A stretch of DNA of 64,000 nt from Octopus vulgaris (GCA_951406725.2 OX597831.1:1488001-1552000), one strand, 5' to 3'; numbered from the stretch's first letter, positions 25,166 to 38,169 are shown. Notes: generated by a model from the letters alone, not told the origin. A program made the numbers and translations.

Positions 25166-25841
25166 CATTTTAAAATAAGGAAACTCACTTCATTGAAAAA
25201 AATAAAAAGCAAGACCTAACCACTTGTAACATTCTGTTCCTTCTAAACCAAATCATGTTAAATTGATAAAACCTAGTCATTCCCAACTTTTTTGTTGATT
25301 ATCTCCCTTATACCGGAAAAAATCCCTGATTACCTTCCCCTGTCTGGAACTCCATATTTCACAGCGTAGCGAAGACATGACATGATATAGGTAGAGAAAT
25401 TTGAAAAGAAAATACAAAACTGGTTATTTCTCCAAAAACAATGTTACTATACACAAAAATTTTATAACATTTTTCTAACATAACGATTTAAATATATTTT
25501 TTAACCATATAACACAAGCATTCTGTAGTTTTTTCACTCTTTTTTGTCTTTTATACATTTATACATCAAACCACGTGAACTCTCTCACCTATATATATAT
25601 ATATATATATATATGTCTTGCAAACAACTTGCACATGTATGTGTCATGTTTTGCAAATAATTTGCACATGCAAGTGCTACCAGTCGAAAGCTCTGCATAC
25701 CAGAAGCCAAAAAATGTATGGAGTCATAAGGAGAGAATGTGTGCTATTTAGGGGCCTACCTCTCGACAGCACCATTGCGCACTGGCCCCCTCACCAATAT
25801 GAGGCCCCTCTTGCTAGATGAACTAGTTATCAAATAAAGCT

Positions 25842-26173
25842 CAATATTCTTCTAGCCATCGCTCACTGTCTTTTTGTAACCAAATCCAGTGGCTAGCCTT
25901 TTCCACTGTAGTTTGAATATCGGTCATGGTGGTATTTACTTTACGATGAGTTAGGCCTAACGATAACAACAGTCACCTCACATTGTGTCCAACAAATCCT
26001 TTACGTCTACCTTCAGTTGGAAAATGCTCCGCTTTCCAGCCTGTGTCTTCACATTCCTTGAGGAAGTTTACATAACAGTCAATCTTTTGAGCCCAAGTGG
26101 CATCCATATTATCTTTATGAGGAACCATTAACTTGACTAGATTCACCACTTTCTTTCTTTCACACCACAGTAT
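25842..26173 (-). mobile_element. Hero-like non-LTR retrotransposon C-terminal (restriction-like endonuclease) fragment
   Basis: ILWCERKKVVNLVKLMVPH..QKIDCY..L.KEC..GWKAEHFP.EG.RKGFVG ... VEKASHWIWLQK. Confidence 0.8.
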
Positions 26174-26187
26174 TTTAATTTTTTCAG

Positions 26188-26307
26188 CTTGTTCTTGGAG
26201 AAAAGAATTTCCTTGGTCGCTACAAGAACTACGTTTTACATAAGGGAGAAGGTCCAATCCGAAACATTAAATGGAAATCTTTTCTCATAGCCTGGGCCAA
26301 TGATAAG
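26188..26307 (+). CDS. VPS41: VPS41 exon B: LVLGEKNFLGRYKNYVLHKGEGPIRNIKWKSFLIAWANDK
   Basis: ttttcag acceptor, AAG|gtaagt donor, 120 nt. Confidence 0.95.
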
Positions 26308-26911
26308 GTAAGTGGAATTTTGGAAGACATTTGATTTGATTTATATGCTGTAGTTATGTTTGCTTAAGAAGGATGCTCTGAATTCATGTGGTTTTGGGTT
26401 CAGTCCCTCTGCACAGCATCTTGGATAAGTGCTTATCAATGCTATGTGAGGGAATTTGGTTAAATAGAAATTACTGCAAGCCAATTGTCCCATTATGTAT
26501 GTATGTGTGTGTGTGTGTGTGAATATACATACATACATGTAAAAATGTAAACAAACATTTTTGCTTTGTAAGAGTAATTTACCCAGTATTTCTACTGTTC
26601 TAACGGCAATTTTGCGTTAAAAAAAATCATCTGATTTGTATCACACATACACACACACACATATGAAATAATTCTTTTTTAAAATGATAAAACTCAATGC
26701 AGATGAAGCATATAAATATTCTATTAAAATTTCTTTAGATAGAAATAGTCAAAGGCTGCCTATGGAACCAGAACCCCCATCTTCACATCTTTGCAAAAGG
26801 ATTTGTAACCCAATTTTTACATGCTCTTATTTATAGCTTTATCTGCTTCAGGTTTCATTGTTCCAAAGAAAAATTATTTCACATTCTCTTGTAGTTCCTA
26901 ATTTCTTATAG

Positions 26912-26979
<68 letters not shown>

Positions 26980-27868
26980 ACAAGGAGTTTTCATCAGGGC
27001 AACTCAAACATATAGGTATGCGTTCTGCATGCTCAAATTGGTATGCCACTTAAATTCTGGTTTGACCTGCAGTAGATGTGATTTTGTGATTGCCATTCTA
27101 AACAGCTAGAAGTGGCTTCTCCTTGAGCCAATAGGTATATATTAAAGCAAAAAAGAAAAGGCAAACAGTTTGGCAAGACTTGACAAGGACATTTAATTTA
27201 GCTACATAATAAAAGGTTTAGATAGTCTCTAACAGCTTATTCTAGAATATCCCAGCTATTGGAACATCATATCGAACAAGGACTCCATAGACTGAGAAAA
27301 GTGTCGTCAGAGAGAGATAGGTTAAACATAGTAATGGTGAAAGAATATTCCTCATCAATGATAATTATTGTGATTCATTATGTCCAGAAAGGGAGAAGAA
27401 ATCAAATTAAAACATATTCATTAGGTAAATTCATGAACAGAGAGAATGGCTTGATAGTAATCCATGGCCCTAAAAGGGGCAGGATGATCCCCACTGGAGT
27501 ACATTTAGTAAGGATTGATCTTCAGTTAAATAGCAACACCAGCCCTTTAAAGCCTAAGGAAATATTCAAATTTCAAATGTTACAAAACAGATCTATCCAA
27601 CCCACACTAGAATGATTAAAGAACAGTATAAACAGCGATTGATGGTTTAAAACATACAATGGGCTGGTGGGAGTGGGAGTGATTATTGAGAGAGTGAATG
27701 AATGGGTGAAAGTTGGGAGAATGGTGGGTTGATGGTATGGAGAATGAGGAAGAAGAGGAGGAGGTGGAGGATTAAGATAAAGAATCTGGGGACCCCTCTA
27801 CTTCTCCCTTTGCACTATTAAAGAAAATAAACATATGTTTATCTTTGTGTTTTTGTTTTCCTCCTCAG

Positions 27869-27930
27869 GGTGTGAAAATCTATGACATGAGTCTAGAGTG
27901 CCGCATAACCAACATTCCAAAAGATCATAG
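27869..27930 (+). CDS. VPS41: VPS41 exon C: GVKIYDMSLECRITNIPKDH(S)
   Basis: ctcctcag acceptor, AG|gtaaat donor, 62 nt, ends phase 2. Confidence 0.93.
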
Positions 27931-28075
27931 GTAAATCTTTACAATTGATTATTGTTGTTGTTGTTATTATTATTATTATTATCATTATTATTATTAGTAT
28001 TATTAGTATTATTGTTCTTGTTGTTTTTGATGTTATTTTTAAATGATTAAAAAATAAAAAAATGCTTTATATGTG

Positions 28076-28123
<48 letters not shown>

Positions 28124-28904
28124 AAAAATCGATGTTAATTAAAATGCAGAGATTTATCAAACAAAATTAAAACATAAATGAAATGAAGAATGGGAGAGAG
28201 AGAGGGGTGAGATAACAGTATTTGGTGAAATAATGGTGTTGGCGGTGGTGGTGGTGGCAGTGGTGTGGTGGTAGAAAAAATAAGAAAATACAAAGATGTT
28301 TTCATCTTTGTATTTCATATGAAATGATGAAGAAAAATTGAGAGAGGAGGAAGGAGTGGGTTGGTGACCTTGAGTCTGGGGTTTGTCTGTGTTGGTATAT
28401 GTAAGCAGTCTGTATGTGTATGTTTCTGTGTGTTCATGTACATGCATGCATACATACACACTATTAAGACTCTCTTTCCCATAGTGTGTATGCATGTGTG
28501 CCTATATCTTTATTCCTAACTATGTATTTGTATGTCTGTATATGTGTATGACTTGTGTGTGTGTGTGTTATATACCAGGGTGCAAGCATAGTCCACCAGT
28601 TAATAAGTCAGTGTTTTAATAATGAGGTCTCGTGTTCAATCCTACAGCACATTGGACATGTATTTTCTATGAGAAGCTTGGATTTATTCAAACCTTATTA
28701 GGGTAGTTTAGGTAGACCAAAGCTACATTAACCCAATGGGTGGACTGCACCTGTAATTTAAATGGCAAGCTTTTCTATACATAGCATCTCACTGAGTCTG
28801 CCTAAGGATTGCATGAAAAGCATGTCTGTGGTATACTCAGCTACATAACACCATAAATTTAATTTAGTGTTTCTCAAGGTGGTGTGCACGACCTACCAGC
28901 AGGG

Positions 28905-29282
28905 TATGGCAATATTTAAACATTTGGGGTGTGGTTAAAAAGCTTGCTTTGCAGCACATTGAGCAAGTTTCTTCTACTATAGCCTCGTGTCAGCCAATTC
29001 CTTGTCAGGGAATTTGATAGACAGGAACTAATTAGAAGCCCATTGTATATGTATGGTGGGGTGGAGGAAGGCAGTGTATATATTTGTGTGTGCTCCACCT
29101 CCCACACACACACACCCTAACCTGCTTGACAGCTGGTGTCGGTTTGTTACATCCCATTAGTGGTTTGGCAAGAAAGACTGAGAGAATAAGTACTGGGGGT
29201 CAATTTGTTTGACTAAACCCTTCAAGGCAGTGCCCCAGTATGGCCACAGTTCAATGACCTAAACAAGTGAAAGATAAAAGAT
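28905..29282 (+). mobile_element. SINE family B, diverged copy
   Basis: Shares GAATTTGATAGACAG and CCCCAGTATGGCCACAG..AACAAG segments. Confidence 0.7.
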
Positions 29283-29847
29283 ATATTTAAACACTTCCTC
29301 CTCAGTCCTTCCTCTTTGGCACACATCCTTCCAGGTCTGACTTACAACCGCTAAAACTGCACTAATCTCAACTAATTTTTAAAGTCTAATGGAGTTGCAA
29401 GGGTGTGAGCAGGGCTGGTTTTAAGCCAATTAGACAGATTTATTCAAATTGGGCCCTGCACACATATTCAAGCAGAGGACACTATGACAAATTTTTAGTA
29501 GATCATTGTGGCTAATGATAGAGCCTCAAACTCTCAATGCTTTTTGGCTGAGACTTTCATACTACACAAAGCATAAAACATCAATATTCAGCTTTTGTAG
29601 AGTAGAGGGTGCCGCTAACAATTTTCTAATTGGACCCTGCCCTTCCTAGTGCCAACCTGGGTGTGAGTCAAGTTATCTGATTGATTGTTTAGAATAATAG
29701 ACACTAACAGAGAAAATACTAGCCCTCTGTGCCACACATTGGAACTGAACATGAAGCCACATGGTTGTGAAGCAAACTTCTTAACCACACAGCCATGCCT
29801 TTGCTTATTATTAACACTAATATTGATAAACTCTATTCTCTTTCCAG

Positions 29848-29929
29848 TAATCGACCTGACCTCTATCAGTGTAATCTCTGCTGGAAAGATGACCGAACCT
29901 TGCTGGTTGGCTGGGCAGACTTAATTAAA
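29848..29929 (+). CDS. VPS41: VPS41 exon D: (S)NRPDLYQCNLCWKDDRTLLVGWADLIK
   Basis: tttccag acceptor, weak AAA|gtatac donor, 82 nt, phase 2 to 0. Confidence 0.92.
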
Positions 29930-31454
29930 GTATACATCTTTTGTTTTTTAGCTCTTCCTCGCATACCTTTCATGTAATTACCCTTCCATTCTACATTAAT
30001 ATTCCCCTTATAACCTTTCTATACAGTCTATGTTCATTAAATCCCTCTCCATAATCACCATCGGATGTCAGTGAAGGGAAACTTGAGGCAGGGAAAGGAA
30101 CAACTGCAGAATCACACAATTTGTTCAACATATTGACTAAATCTTTCTCAGCAAACTGCTTACCATTCTTTTAAAAGAATTGGAAATCACATATTTTATC
30201 ATATGTTGGTAATTTTAAGACAACCTGCTCCACATAAAAGATGAAATAGCTGTTGTTAGAAATGTTGATCAAATGGGGGCTGGGGGTCATCCTGGACATC
30301 TACTCTTGATAGCAAAATTGTTATTGCTTAGCCTCTGGTCATCCCTGCTTAAGCAAACCTACAGTGAAAAGTATTGCAGCTGTTAACATCCCGTTTTTCT
30401 TTTTGTTTTTTGGGGTTTTTTTTCAAACTTCTTCCTTCCTTCCTTGTTTTTTCTCTATAGATAATAGGAGTAATATGAGGACGATTTGGTTGCTATTTCT
30501 TTCAGAGCAAGCTTCCACATAAAGGTTTCCATCTGTGGTTCATGACAACAGAACATTCCTCGATTGGTTGGTATTGATGGAACCAAGACTCTTGTTGCTA
30601 TCGCTAGCATTTACCACACACTCCTGTTAGTAATCATAAATATAAGGGGTCTGGGGCTCACTTTACCTACTCCCACCCTTAACAATACCCTTTTATTGAC
30701 TGTTATAGATGTAATGAATCTAAGGCTCATCAACAGTTCCAACCCTTAATAATTGTATGTTTTGGTTGATGTAGTGTTGTTTAGCCCTTGGTTGGGTCTC
30801 ATTGAGCAGGCCTAACTTTCAAAGGAATTCCAGCTGTGACCATTCTATCTTTTTGTATACCAAGAACTATATTATTATCCATTGTGTCCTTCACATTTCA
30901 AGGAGATTCATGGAAATGTGTATGATGTTGTCATAAAAATGATGTGTGTATAATGGGCTCTTGGCTTCTATCAACATCATTGTTGTCGTCATAGTTATCA
31001 TCATCATTACAACTACCATCCCTGTTAGCTGCTATGATCATCATGATTATCTTCATCCCTATTCCCCTTCCTTTATTATTATCATCACTCTTATCACCAA
31101 CTCCTTTCTTTATCATCATTACATTCGTCACCATCATCTTCCCCATCCCTCCATCATCGTTACCCACCCCCATCCTTCAATATCTTCACCCTCATCATTA
31201 TCCTCTACCTTCATCACCAACACCCTCCTCATCATACCAATACTCTACACTGCATTTCATCCCTTTCACTGCACACCATTTAATGTCTATTCTACTTCCC
31301 TTATGGGGGTTTGCTAGGTTGGCTAAACTCTATCACCATTGCAAAGTATGAACTAAAGTACTAACAAACATGAAAATTAAAAGATTCTATTTCTCTAATT
31401 TAATATATTTTTTATTTCCTTTTGTAATTTGAACCTGTATCTCATGTCTTTCAG

Positions 31455-31521
31455 ATCTGTGTGGTTCGTGATAAAACATCTGATGTCGATGCAAACATGC
31501 CTGAACGCTTTGTGGAAATCA
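31455..31521 (+). CDS. VPS41: VPS41 exon E: ICVVRDKTSDVDANMPERFVEI(T)
   Basis: tttcag acceptor, A|gtaaga donor, 67 nt. Confidence 0.92.
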
Positions 31522-32589
31522 GTAAGAATTTTAGATTAGTTTCTCTTTGATAACTTTCGGTTTGTCTGTCTGTCTGTCTATCCCTGTATGTGTATGTCTT
31601 ATTGTCTGGCTGTCTATTTATATATCTGTATGTTTTATTGCATGTCTGCTATATATGTACATATTCTGTTCTCTGTTTGTCTTACAACTGTATGTTCTGT
31701 TGTCTATCAGTCTTGCTATAGATGTGTATGTTCTTTTGTCTGTCTGTTAGTCCTACTAGAACACGTGTATATGTTTTATTCTCTATAAATCAGATTCTTC
31801 TATAAATCAGATTTTTCTCCTGAACAAGAAAATGCAATTTCCTGTAAAATTGATTCTTAATTTATTAAAATTATCCCACCTTTTCTTTGAGAGTTGCTAA
31901 CATTTGCCGTTGGGTCTCTGTTTCCTTTCTCTCCAACTTGATGGTAGAGTCAGATTTCACTTCATTAAGAATTTTTTGTCTATAACATTTGGTACACTGC
32001 TGCCTATCTTTGATCTTTTACTCATTTCAGTCATTAGATTGTGGCCAAGCTGGGGCACTGCCTTGAAGGGCTTAGTCAAACAAATCAACCCTCATACTTA
32101 CTTTTAAGTCTGGTACTTATTCTATCAATCTCTTTTGCTAAACTGCTCAGTTACAGAGATGTAAACAAATACCAGTTGTCAGGCAGTGGTCAGGGACAAA
32201 CATAAACACATATACATCATCATTATCATCATCATCATCATACATCTATCTTCTATACAAGCATAGATTGGATAGTGTGACAGGAACTGGCAAGCCAGAT
32301 GACTGCACCGATCTCTACTCTATGCTTTGGCATGTGTTCTACAGCTGGATGACCATCCTAGCACCAACCACTTTACAGTGTACTGGGTGCTTTTTAAGTG
32401 GCACCAACACTCAAAGGTCACCAACTAAATTGCTAGACAAGACCTCTCAAATGAAGTGGGGGAGTAGTATTGTAGGAAGTGGCTTTGTGCCTAGTGATGA
32501 GAGGTTAAAGGAATTGAACCTTAAACCATGTGGTTGCAGAGCAAGCTTCTTAACCACACAGTTATACCTGTGCATATATGAATTATTTA

Positions 32590-33131
32590 CGAGGTCTGAC
32601 CAAAAGGGATTCGGACTGGTGCTTACAACACATACCAATTCGGCATTTAATCTCCTTTGAAGTAGCTCCCTTTTGAAGCCACACACTTTACCCAGCATCA
32701 TTTCCATTCATGGGAGCATCCCTGGAACTCCTTTTATGGGGACAGCAAACAGCTGCCTCGTTGCGTCCCTTTCAAGTGCAATTTGATCTTTGGAAAGTGA
32801 TAAAAGTCACAAGGAGCAAGATCTGGGAAATATGATGGTTGTCAAACCTGGGGAATGTTGTGTTTGGCCAAAACCTGTTGCACAAGCTGTGCTAAGTGGG
32901 TAGGTGCATTGTCATGGCAGAGTTGCCTCTCACTAGATGCATGCAATTCTGTCCCACAACCAAACTCTCTACACACTTTACTTCCAAGCACTGTCATAAA
33001 CAACAGAAATGAGTGATAATGCTATAACTTAATGTGCATGCAATGCAGAGTTCAGTGCACAATGACTTCACTTTGTGTAGTTTAGCCTCGTTACCATAGC
33101 AACAGTCCTGATACTTTTTGATCAGACCTTG
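32590..33131 (-). mobile_element. Internally deleted mariner element with TA TSDs
   Basis: TA|CGAGGTCTGAC ... GATCAGACCTTG|TA; minus strand PYFPDLAPCDFYHFPKIK. Confidence 0.88.
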
Positions 33132-33138
33132 TATATAT

Positions 33139-33496
33139 ACAGAAGGTGTTGGAGAAGACTTTTACGGATTCCATGGACAGCGGGGCTCACCAATGGAGAA
33201 GTTCTTAAGCAGATCAGGCCGAAAATGTCACTAGAAGCTAGGATCACCAAGCATAGATTGGCATATTTTGGTCATATTATGCGGAGAAAATCCCTGGAGA
33301 AGGACATCGTGCTCGGAATGGTCAGTGGCAAGAGAGGAAGAGGCCGACCAAGAACCCGCTGGCTTGACACCATCAAGAGTGATACTGGAATGGACATAGC
33401 CAATCTGAATGAAGCGGCACAGGATAGAACTGACTGGAGGACACTGATCCGTCGAGTAACCGAGAGTCGACTTCGACTGAGCGGATAGATAGATAT
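33139..33496 (+). mobile_element. 5'-truncated RTE-clade (BovB-like) LINE 3' end
   Basis: Open frame CWRRLLRIPWT...YFGHIMRR.SLEK.I.LG...GKRGRGRPRTRWLD...DR..WR...RLSG*, then (GATA)n tail. Confidence 0.9.
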
Positions 33497-33784
33497 GTTC
33501 TATTGTCTCTTTCCATGTTTGACCACCCATCTATCCTGTTGTCCCACTGACTTGCTGTGTTTCTGTCCTGTTGTCCTCTCTTTCTCTTTTTTACCTTTCC
33601 TGCCATCTCTTCTTTTCCCTATCTTATCACCATAATCCTCGCTATGTACCTCTTCCCTCTATATACGTGACCCTCCATCAGCATCGGTGTTAAGTTCCTT
33701 ATCACCACCACCCATGCACAAACAACATCAGCAAGCACCCCATCTTCAAATAACCCTAACTCTTCCCCTTCTGGTCTCTTGCAG

Positions 33785-33894
33785 CCCACATGTTCACTAC
33801 CACACCAGAATCCAACTGCTATATATGTGGAATAGCACCCCTGGAAAACAATCTGGTTGTCTTCACCTATGACAAAGAAGGCCAACATATTGAG
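33785..33894 (+). CDS. VPS41: VPS41 exon F: (T)HMFTTTPESNCYICGIAPLENNLVVFTYDKEGQHIE
   Basis: cttgcag acceptor, GAG|gtcagt donor, 110 nt; YI.G.APL motif. Confidence 0.9.
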
Positions 33895-34528
33895 GTCAGT
33901 GTCTACTTCACTAAATTGAATTAATTTAGCACCTTTTTGGGTTTTTTTTTTTACTTACTAACTCTATGAGTATAACACCCCAGTCTTGCATGTGTGGTAA
34001 AAGGGTGAGACAAGGAGTGTATTTATGTGTGTGTGTTTGTGAGGGAGAGAAATAGACCCTGTGTGTTTACCTCTGAGTGTGTATATGTGCAAATCTGAAC
34101 AGTGTGTGTGTGTGTATGTGCAAGTGTTAAACAGGGTTTGTGTATGCATGTGTGTATTTGAGCATTTGTGTATGTGTGGGTCTGTGTATAGGTACAAATG
34201 TGGGATAGAGAGAATGTCTGAGTATGACTGGTATAGTGGAAGTGATTGTATCACTATGGTTCATTGTTACATTTATTTAACCAAGAGAGCCTCTAAGTGG
34301 CCTCTTAATCTGCTAGAAATGATAGCTATTCCTTGCCAACTTAAAGATCTAATGTAACTGTACTGAGCATGTTTTGTGATTGGTTGAATATGTCTTCTGT
34401 TTTTCTTCTTCTCCTCCTTACTGACATAAGATGACTAACACTCTAGAATATTCCTGATTGTCTTAATGACAAATATTTTATCACCTCTCTCTCATAAATG
34501 ATTTGACATGGTTTATTTTCTCTCACAG

Positions 34529-34661
34529 GGTGGTAAGTTCAAAGCTGACCGACCCCACCTTCAGATATGGGAACCAGAGGAAAATTACTATGAGGAGATA
34601 TCTGATGATGCTTTATCTTTCCGAGGATTCGAAGAATACCGATGTTTTGACTATCATCTTG
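34529..34661 (+). CDS. VPS41: VPS41 exon G: GGKFKADRPHLQIWEPEENYYEEISDDALSFRGFEEYRCFDYHL(E)
   Basis: ctcacag acceptor, G|gtaagt donor, 133 nt. Confidence 0.95.
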
Positions 34662-35364
34662 GTAAGTTTTTCACACTGTACCCTACAACTTCTGGCTTTT
34701 TTATTTTTTATTGCTTACTCCAACAGCCTCTACCTTTCCCATTCCCATTGTGACCACAACCAGGACTCAACACATGCATGAATTGACCAGACAGTGAAGA
34801 AATAAAACCTGCCTGGACTGCCATACTACTGCTTGCCAAAATGTGGATCTGAAACATTGGATCTGTGAATCACAACTGATCATTTAACACACCCAATGTT
34901 GAGCTGTCTAAAACTACACAACATGAATAATTGGTTACTACTGTGTAAATTGTAATAATTAGTAGTTCATTTTTATGCAAAGCTGTGTGGTTAAGAGGTT
35001 TTCTTCCTAGCCTTATGAATTCGGGTTCAGTCCCACTGCATGGCACTTTGGATTAGAGTCTTCTACTGTAGCTCCAGGCCAACCAAACACCTGTGGACGA
35101 ATTTGATAGAAAGAAACCTATCATATATATATATATATATATACACACACATACATATATATAAAATGTGTGTGTGTATATTCGTATCTCCTCTTAACAT
35201 TGTGTGATAGTTATGAGTGTCACTCTCATACAAGCAGTGTCATTCTTTTCCAATATTCTGCATAAATATGTCTGGTCATAGAAAATCTTCCCCAATTAAC
35301 ACCATCCAACCTATGCAAACATGCAAAAGGAATTTGTAAAAAATGGTGATGGTGATGAGGCATA

Positions 35365-35660
35365 TTCTAGCCTTTGGCCCACAGGGTTGTTGTGTCCTCT
35401 ATTTGTCTTTTCCATTGTTACTATAATGGCCTCTGCTCCTCAGAGCTGGCTGGCCTCATACCTCCATCACAGGAGGCCACTCGTCTCTTCAAATCTTGTC
35501 ACCCTTGGTGCATCCAATGTTCTCAGCCTGGCATTAACCATTTTGCCCAGTTATCTCTCTCCAATACATTGGCTCTCTGGAATCTTCTCCCTGTTCACGT
35601 CTTTCCCGAAGGTGTTGATCTGCAGCAGTTTCAAACAAACCATTAATGGCATCAAGCTCA
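35365..35660 (+). mobile_element. CR1/Jockey-group LINE 3' remnant
   Basis: HRVVVSSICLFHCYYNGLCSSELAGLIP...LWNLLPVHVFP..DLQQF. Confidence 0.7.
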
Positions 35661-35941
35661 CAAGTCTCAGAGGGTCAGCAAGTGTCATGGACATTACCGC
35701 TTCCTCCAGACTCAACAAGTTTATAAAAATTATCCCAGTGTGAAGGCAGAAATATATTTTGATTGTAACTATCGGAGAAGACTCTAGTAACAGTGGTGTT
35801 ACATCATTACATTTGTGAATTAACATGACATTATTAACTGTAATTAATCAACCTTCTTACTACTTAGTAACTTCCTGTCCATTGCAATAACTGATGTCTT
35901 TGTTTTGAAGATTCTCATGTAACTGGGTCTGTCTATTACAG

Positions 35942-36057
35942 AGTGTGTTGTTGAAGAAAGTCTTTACTTCCTCATTAGCCCTAAGGACGTTGTTGTGGCC
36001 AAACTGAGAGATCAAGACGACCACATTACCTGGTTATTGGAACACGAACGTTATGAG
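35942..36057 (+). CDS. VPS41: VPS41 exon H: (E)CVVEESLYFLISPKDVVVAKLRDQDDHITWLLEHERYE
   Basis: ttacag acceptor, GAG|gtcagt donor, 116 nt, highly conserved motif. Confidence 0.96.
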
Positions 36058-36201
36058 GTCAGTATAGTTGAGTATTGTCAGTGTATCTGGTCAGGACAGG
36101 TCACAGTCGACTGAATCAGAGTAAATGTTAGTCAGAGAGGTTTTGTCTACCATCTTTGAACCTGGATGCTGTCCCTGGATTCTCAATGGCTCACTTTAGA
36201 T

Positions 36202-36489
36202 CTGTGTTTTCCAGTTTATTTTCCCCCAGGACCCAGTATAACTTCCCAGAAAAATGATGCCCCACTGGTGGTCGAAAAAAAAAAACAGCTTTATTTTTAA
36301 TATTTTATCTCAATTATTTAATACAAAAGAATGTACCGGTAATTCTTTTATTAAGTACTGAGTACAAAAAACGCACACTTGTGACTGAGAAAAATACATG
36401 AATCACTTTAAAGATAGCCTTGTGCCTGGCAACTACAGCACCACACCATACCACAATTTTCCCAGGCGCCACTGGTGGGGGAATCACTG
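36202..36489. mobile_element. hAT-type MITE
   Basis: Perfect 8-bp TSD CTTTAGAT (36194-36201 and 36490-36497); termini CTGTGTTTTCC / GGAATCACTG. Confidence 0.8.
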
Positions 36490-38169
36490 CTTTAGATATT
36501 TGCAAAATAGGCACCATGGGAATGTGAGTAATGCTAAAATCTGATTCTGTGGTATTAAAATAATGAGTGTTAAATTTGTCTCAAGGAAGGACATCTCTCC
36601 ATCTCAGGTAATATTCTCAGGTGTTCTGGGACATTCTCACACAGGTATGTGAATCAATACATGTAGAATTAAGTTAATTCTACTTAAATCTCACCATACC
36701 GTCTTAGAAATGTATACATTGGATAATGTGGCCTGAGGTGCCCTGTATCTTGGCAAAAGATGTGATGGTCACAACTGGAACACTTTTGATCATGCCTCAG
36801 CTAGCTCATGGCTAAACATCAATGTGATGCTGCCCTAGGCTTACTATTTTGTGTGTGTGTCTCTTTGTCTGTGTGTCTGTCTATATATACATGACATCAC
36901 CATGTTTATGCCAACATTTAACACAGTGAATAGAAGTTTCTGGCATTAAGCCATTGGAATCTTGCACAGACTTCCAGAAGCTGTAATTGGAATCCTGGAA
37001 GCCAAACATATCCAGATCTGATGTATAAATACTGCCTTTTGCTTTCACTAAGCTACAGCAAAACATAGTTCCGTCTACTGAATTCCATTTTGAGATCCAG
37101 ATATCTCGTAATGATATTTATTGTTCATAAAATGTATATGGTATGGTCATGATTGTGGTTAAGAAGTTTACTTTGCAATCATATGTTCCCTGATTCAATC
37201 CTACTGTCTGACATCCAAGGCAAATGTCTTCTACTTGTAGCCTCAGTTTGGCTGATGCTTTACACAAGTGAAATTTGATTGAGGGAAACTATAGAAGCTT
37301 GTTATGTGTGTGTGTGTGTGTTTATGCTTACTGTTACAAAATATATATTGAAAGGGTCCCTTTATGTCAAAAAGTTACTTAGCCATTCAATAAAATATAT
37401 ATCAGACTGAAATAAGAGCCGGAGTCCATATGATCAACTAAAACCCTTTGACAGCAGTGCTCCACCATGACCACAGGAACCCAGTAAAGAATACTAAAAT
37501 GGAAGTATTTGTCTTTCAGTGAGTTGTTGTTGTTTAGTCCCTGCTCAGATTTATAATCAGAAGCATTTAGGCCTCTTCCTCTGCCACCTCCTCTTCCTCC
37601 TAAACTTCCTTTCTTTCTTCCTCCTCCTCTTCCTTTTTGCAGAAATAGTATAATCTTGATCTGCTTGATCTACCTTTTTCAAAGATGGTAGGGGTGCAAT
37701 TTGAGGGACATGTGGTTGTTTCTTCTAGCAGATCAAGTAACTATATAGATGCTTCCTCTTTGGTTCATGGGTGGATGGTCTTGGAAAATGGTAATTCTTT
37801 GCAGAGCATGTTCTCCGTGGCAATTTTATTCCTACCCACAAAGTAATTTTAAAAACTTTATATATCTAACAAATGGTTTACACCTGGTAGCTTACTGGTT
37901 AATTCCATCTTCTGTCTTTCATTTGCTGTGTGTAAATATATATATATATTATAGATAGATAGAAAGAAAGAAGATCAGCATCGTCATCATCATTGTTCTG
38001 TTATTCTTTTATTTGTTTCAGTCATTTGACTGCTGCCATGCTGGAGCACCGCCTGTTGTTATTATTCTTATAAATAAACTTCTGAGCTTCAGTTTCACTT
38101 GCTCTTACTAATGCTGTAAGAGTGGACAACAACCTGTTGTCAAGGGTCTCACAGAGTCTTCTTCCATGA

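Noticed and set aside
26973-27005. Hammerhead core CTGATGA on the minus strand
   Set aside because: No stem II or GAAA follows before the TA tract.
27259-27615. 118-aa ORF in the B-C intron
   Set aside because: Non-ATG start, no recognisable domain and no exon boundaries; probably decayed repeat.
29930-31454. U12-type minor intron (donor begins GTAT)
   Set aside because: GTATACAT does not match GTATCCTT and there is no TCCTTAAC branch site near the acceptor.
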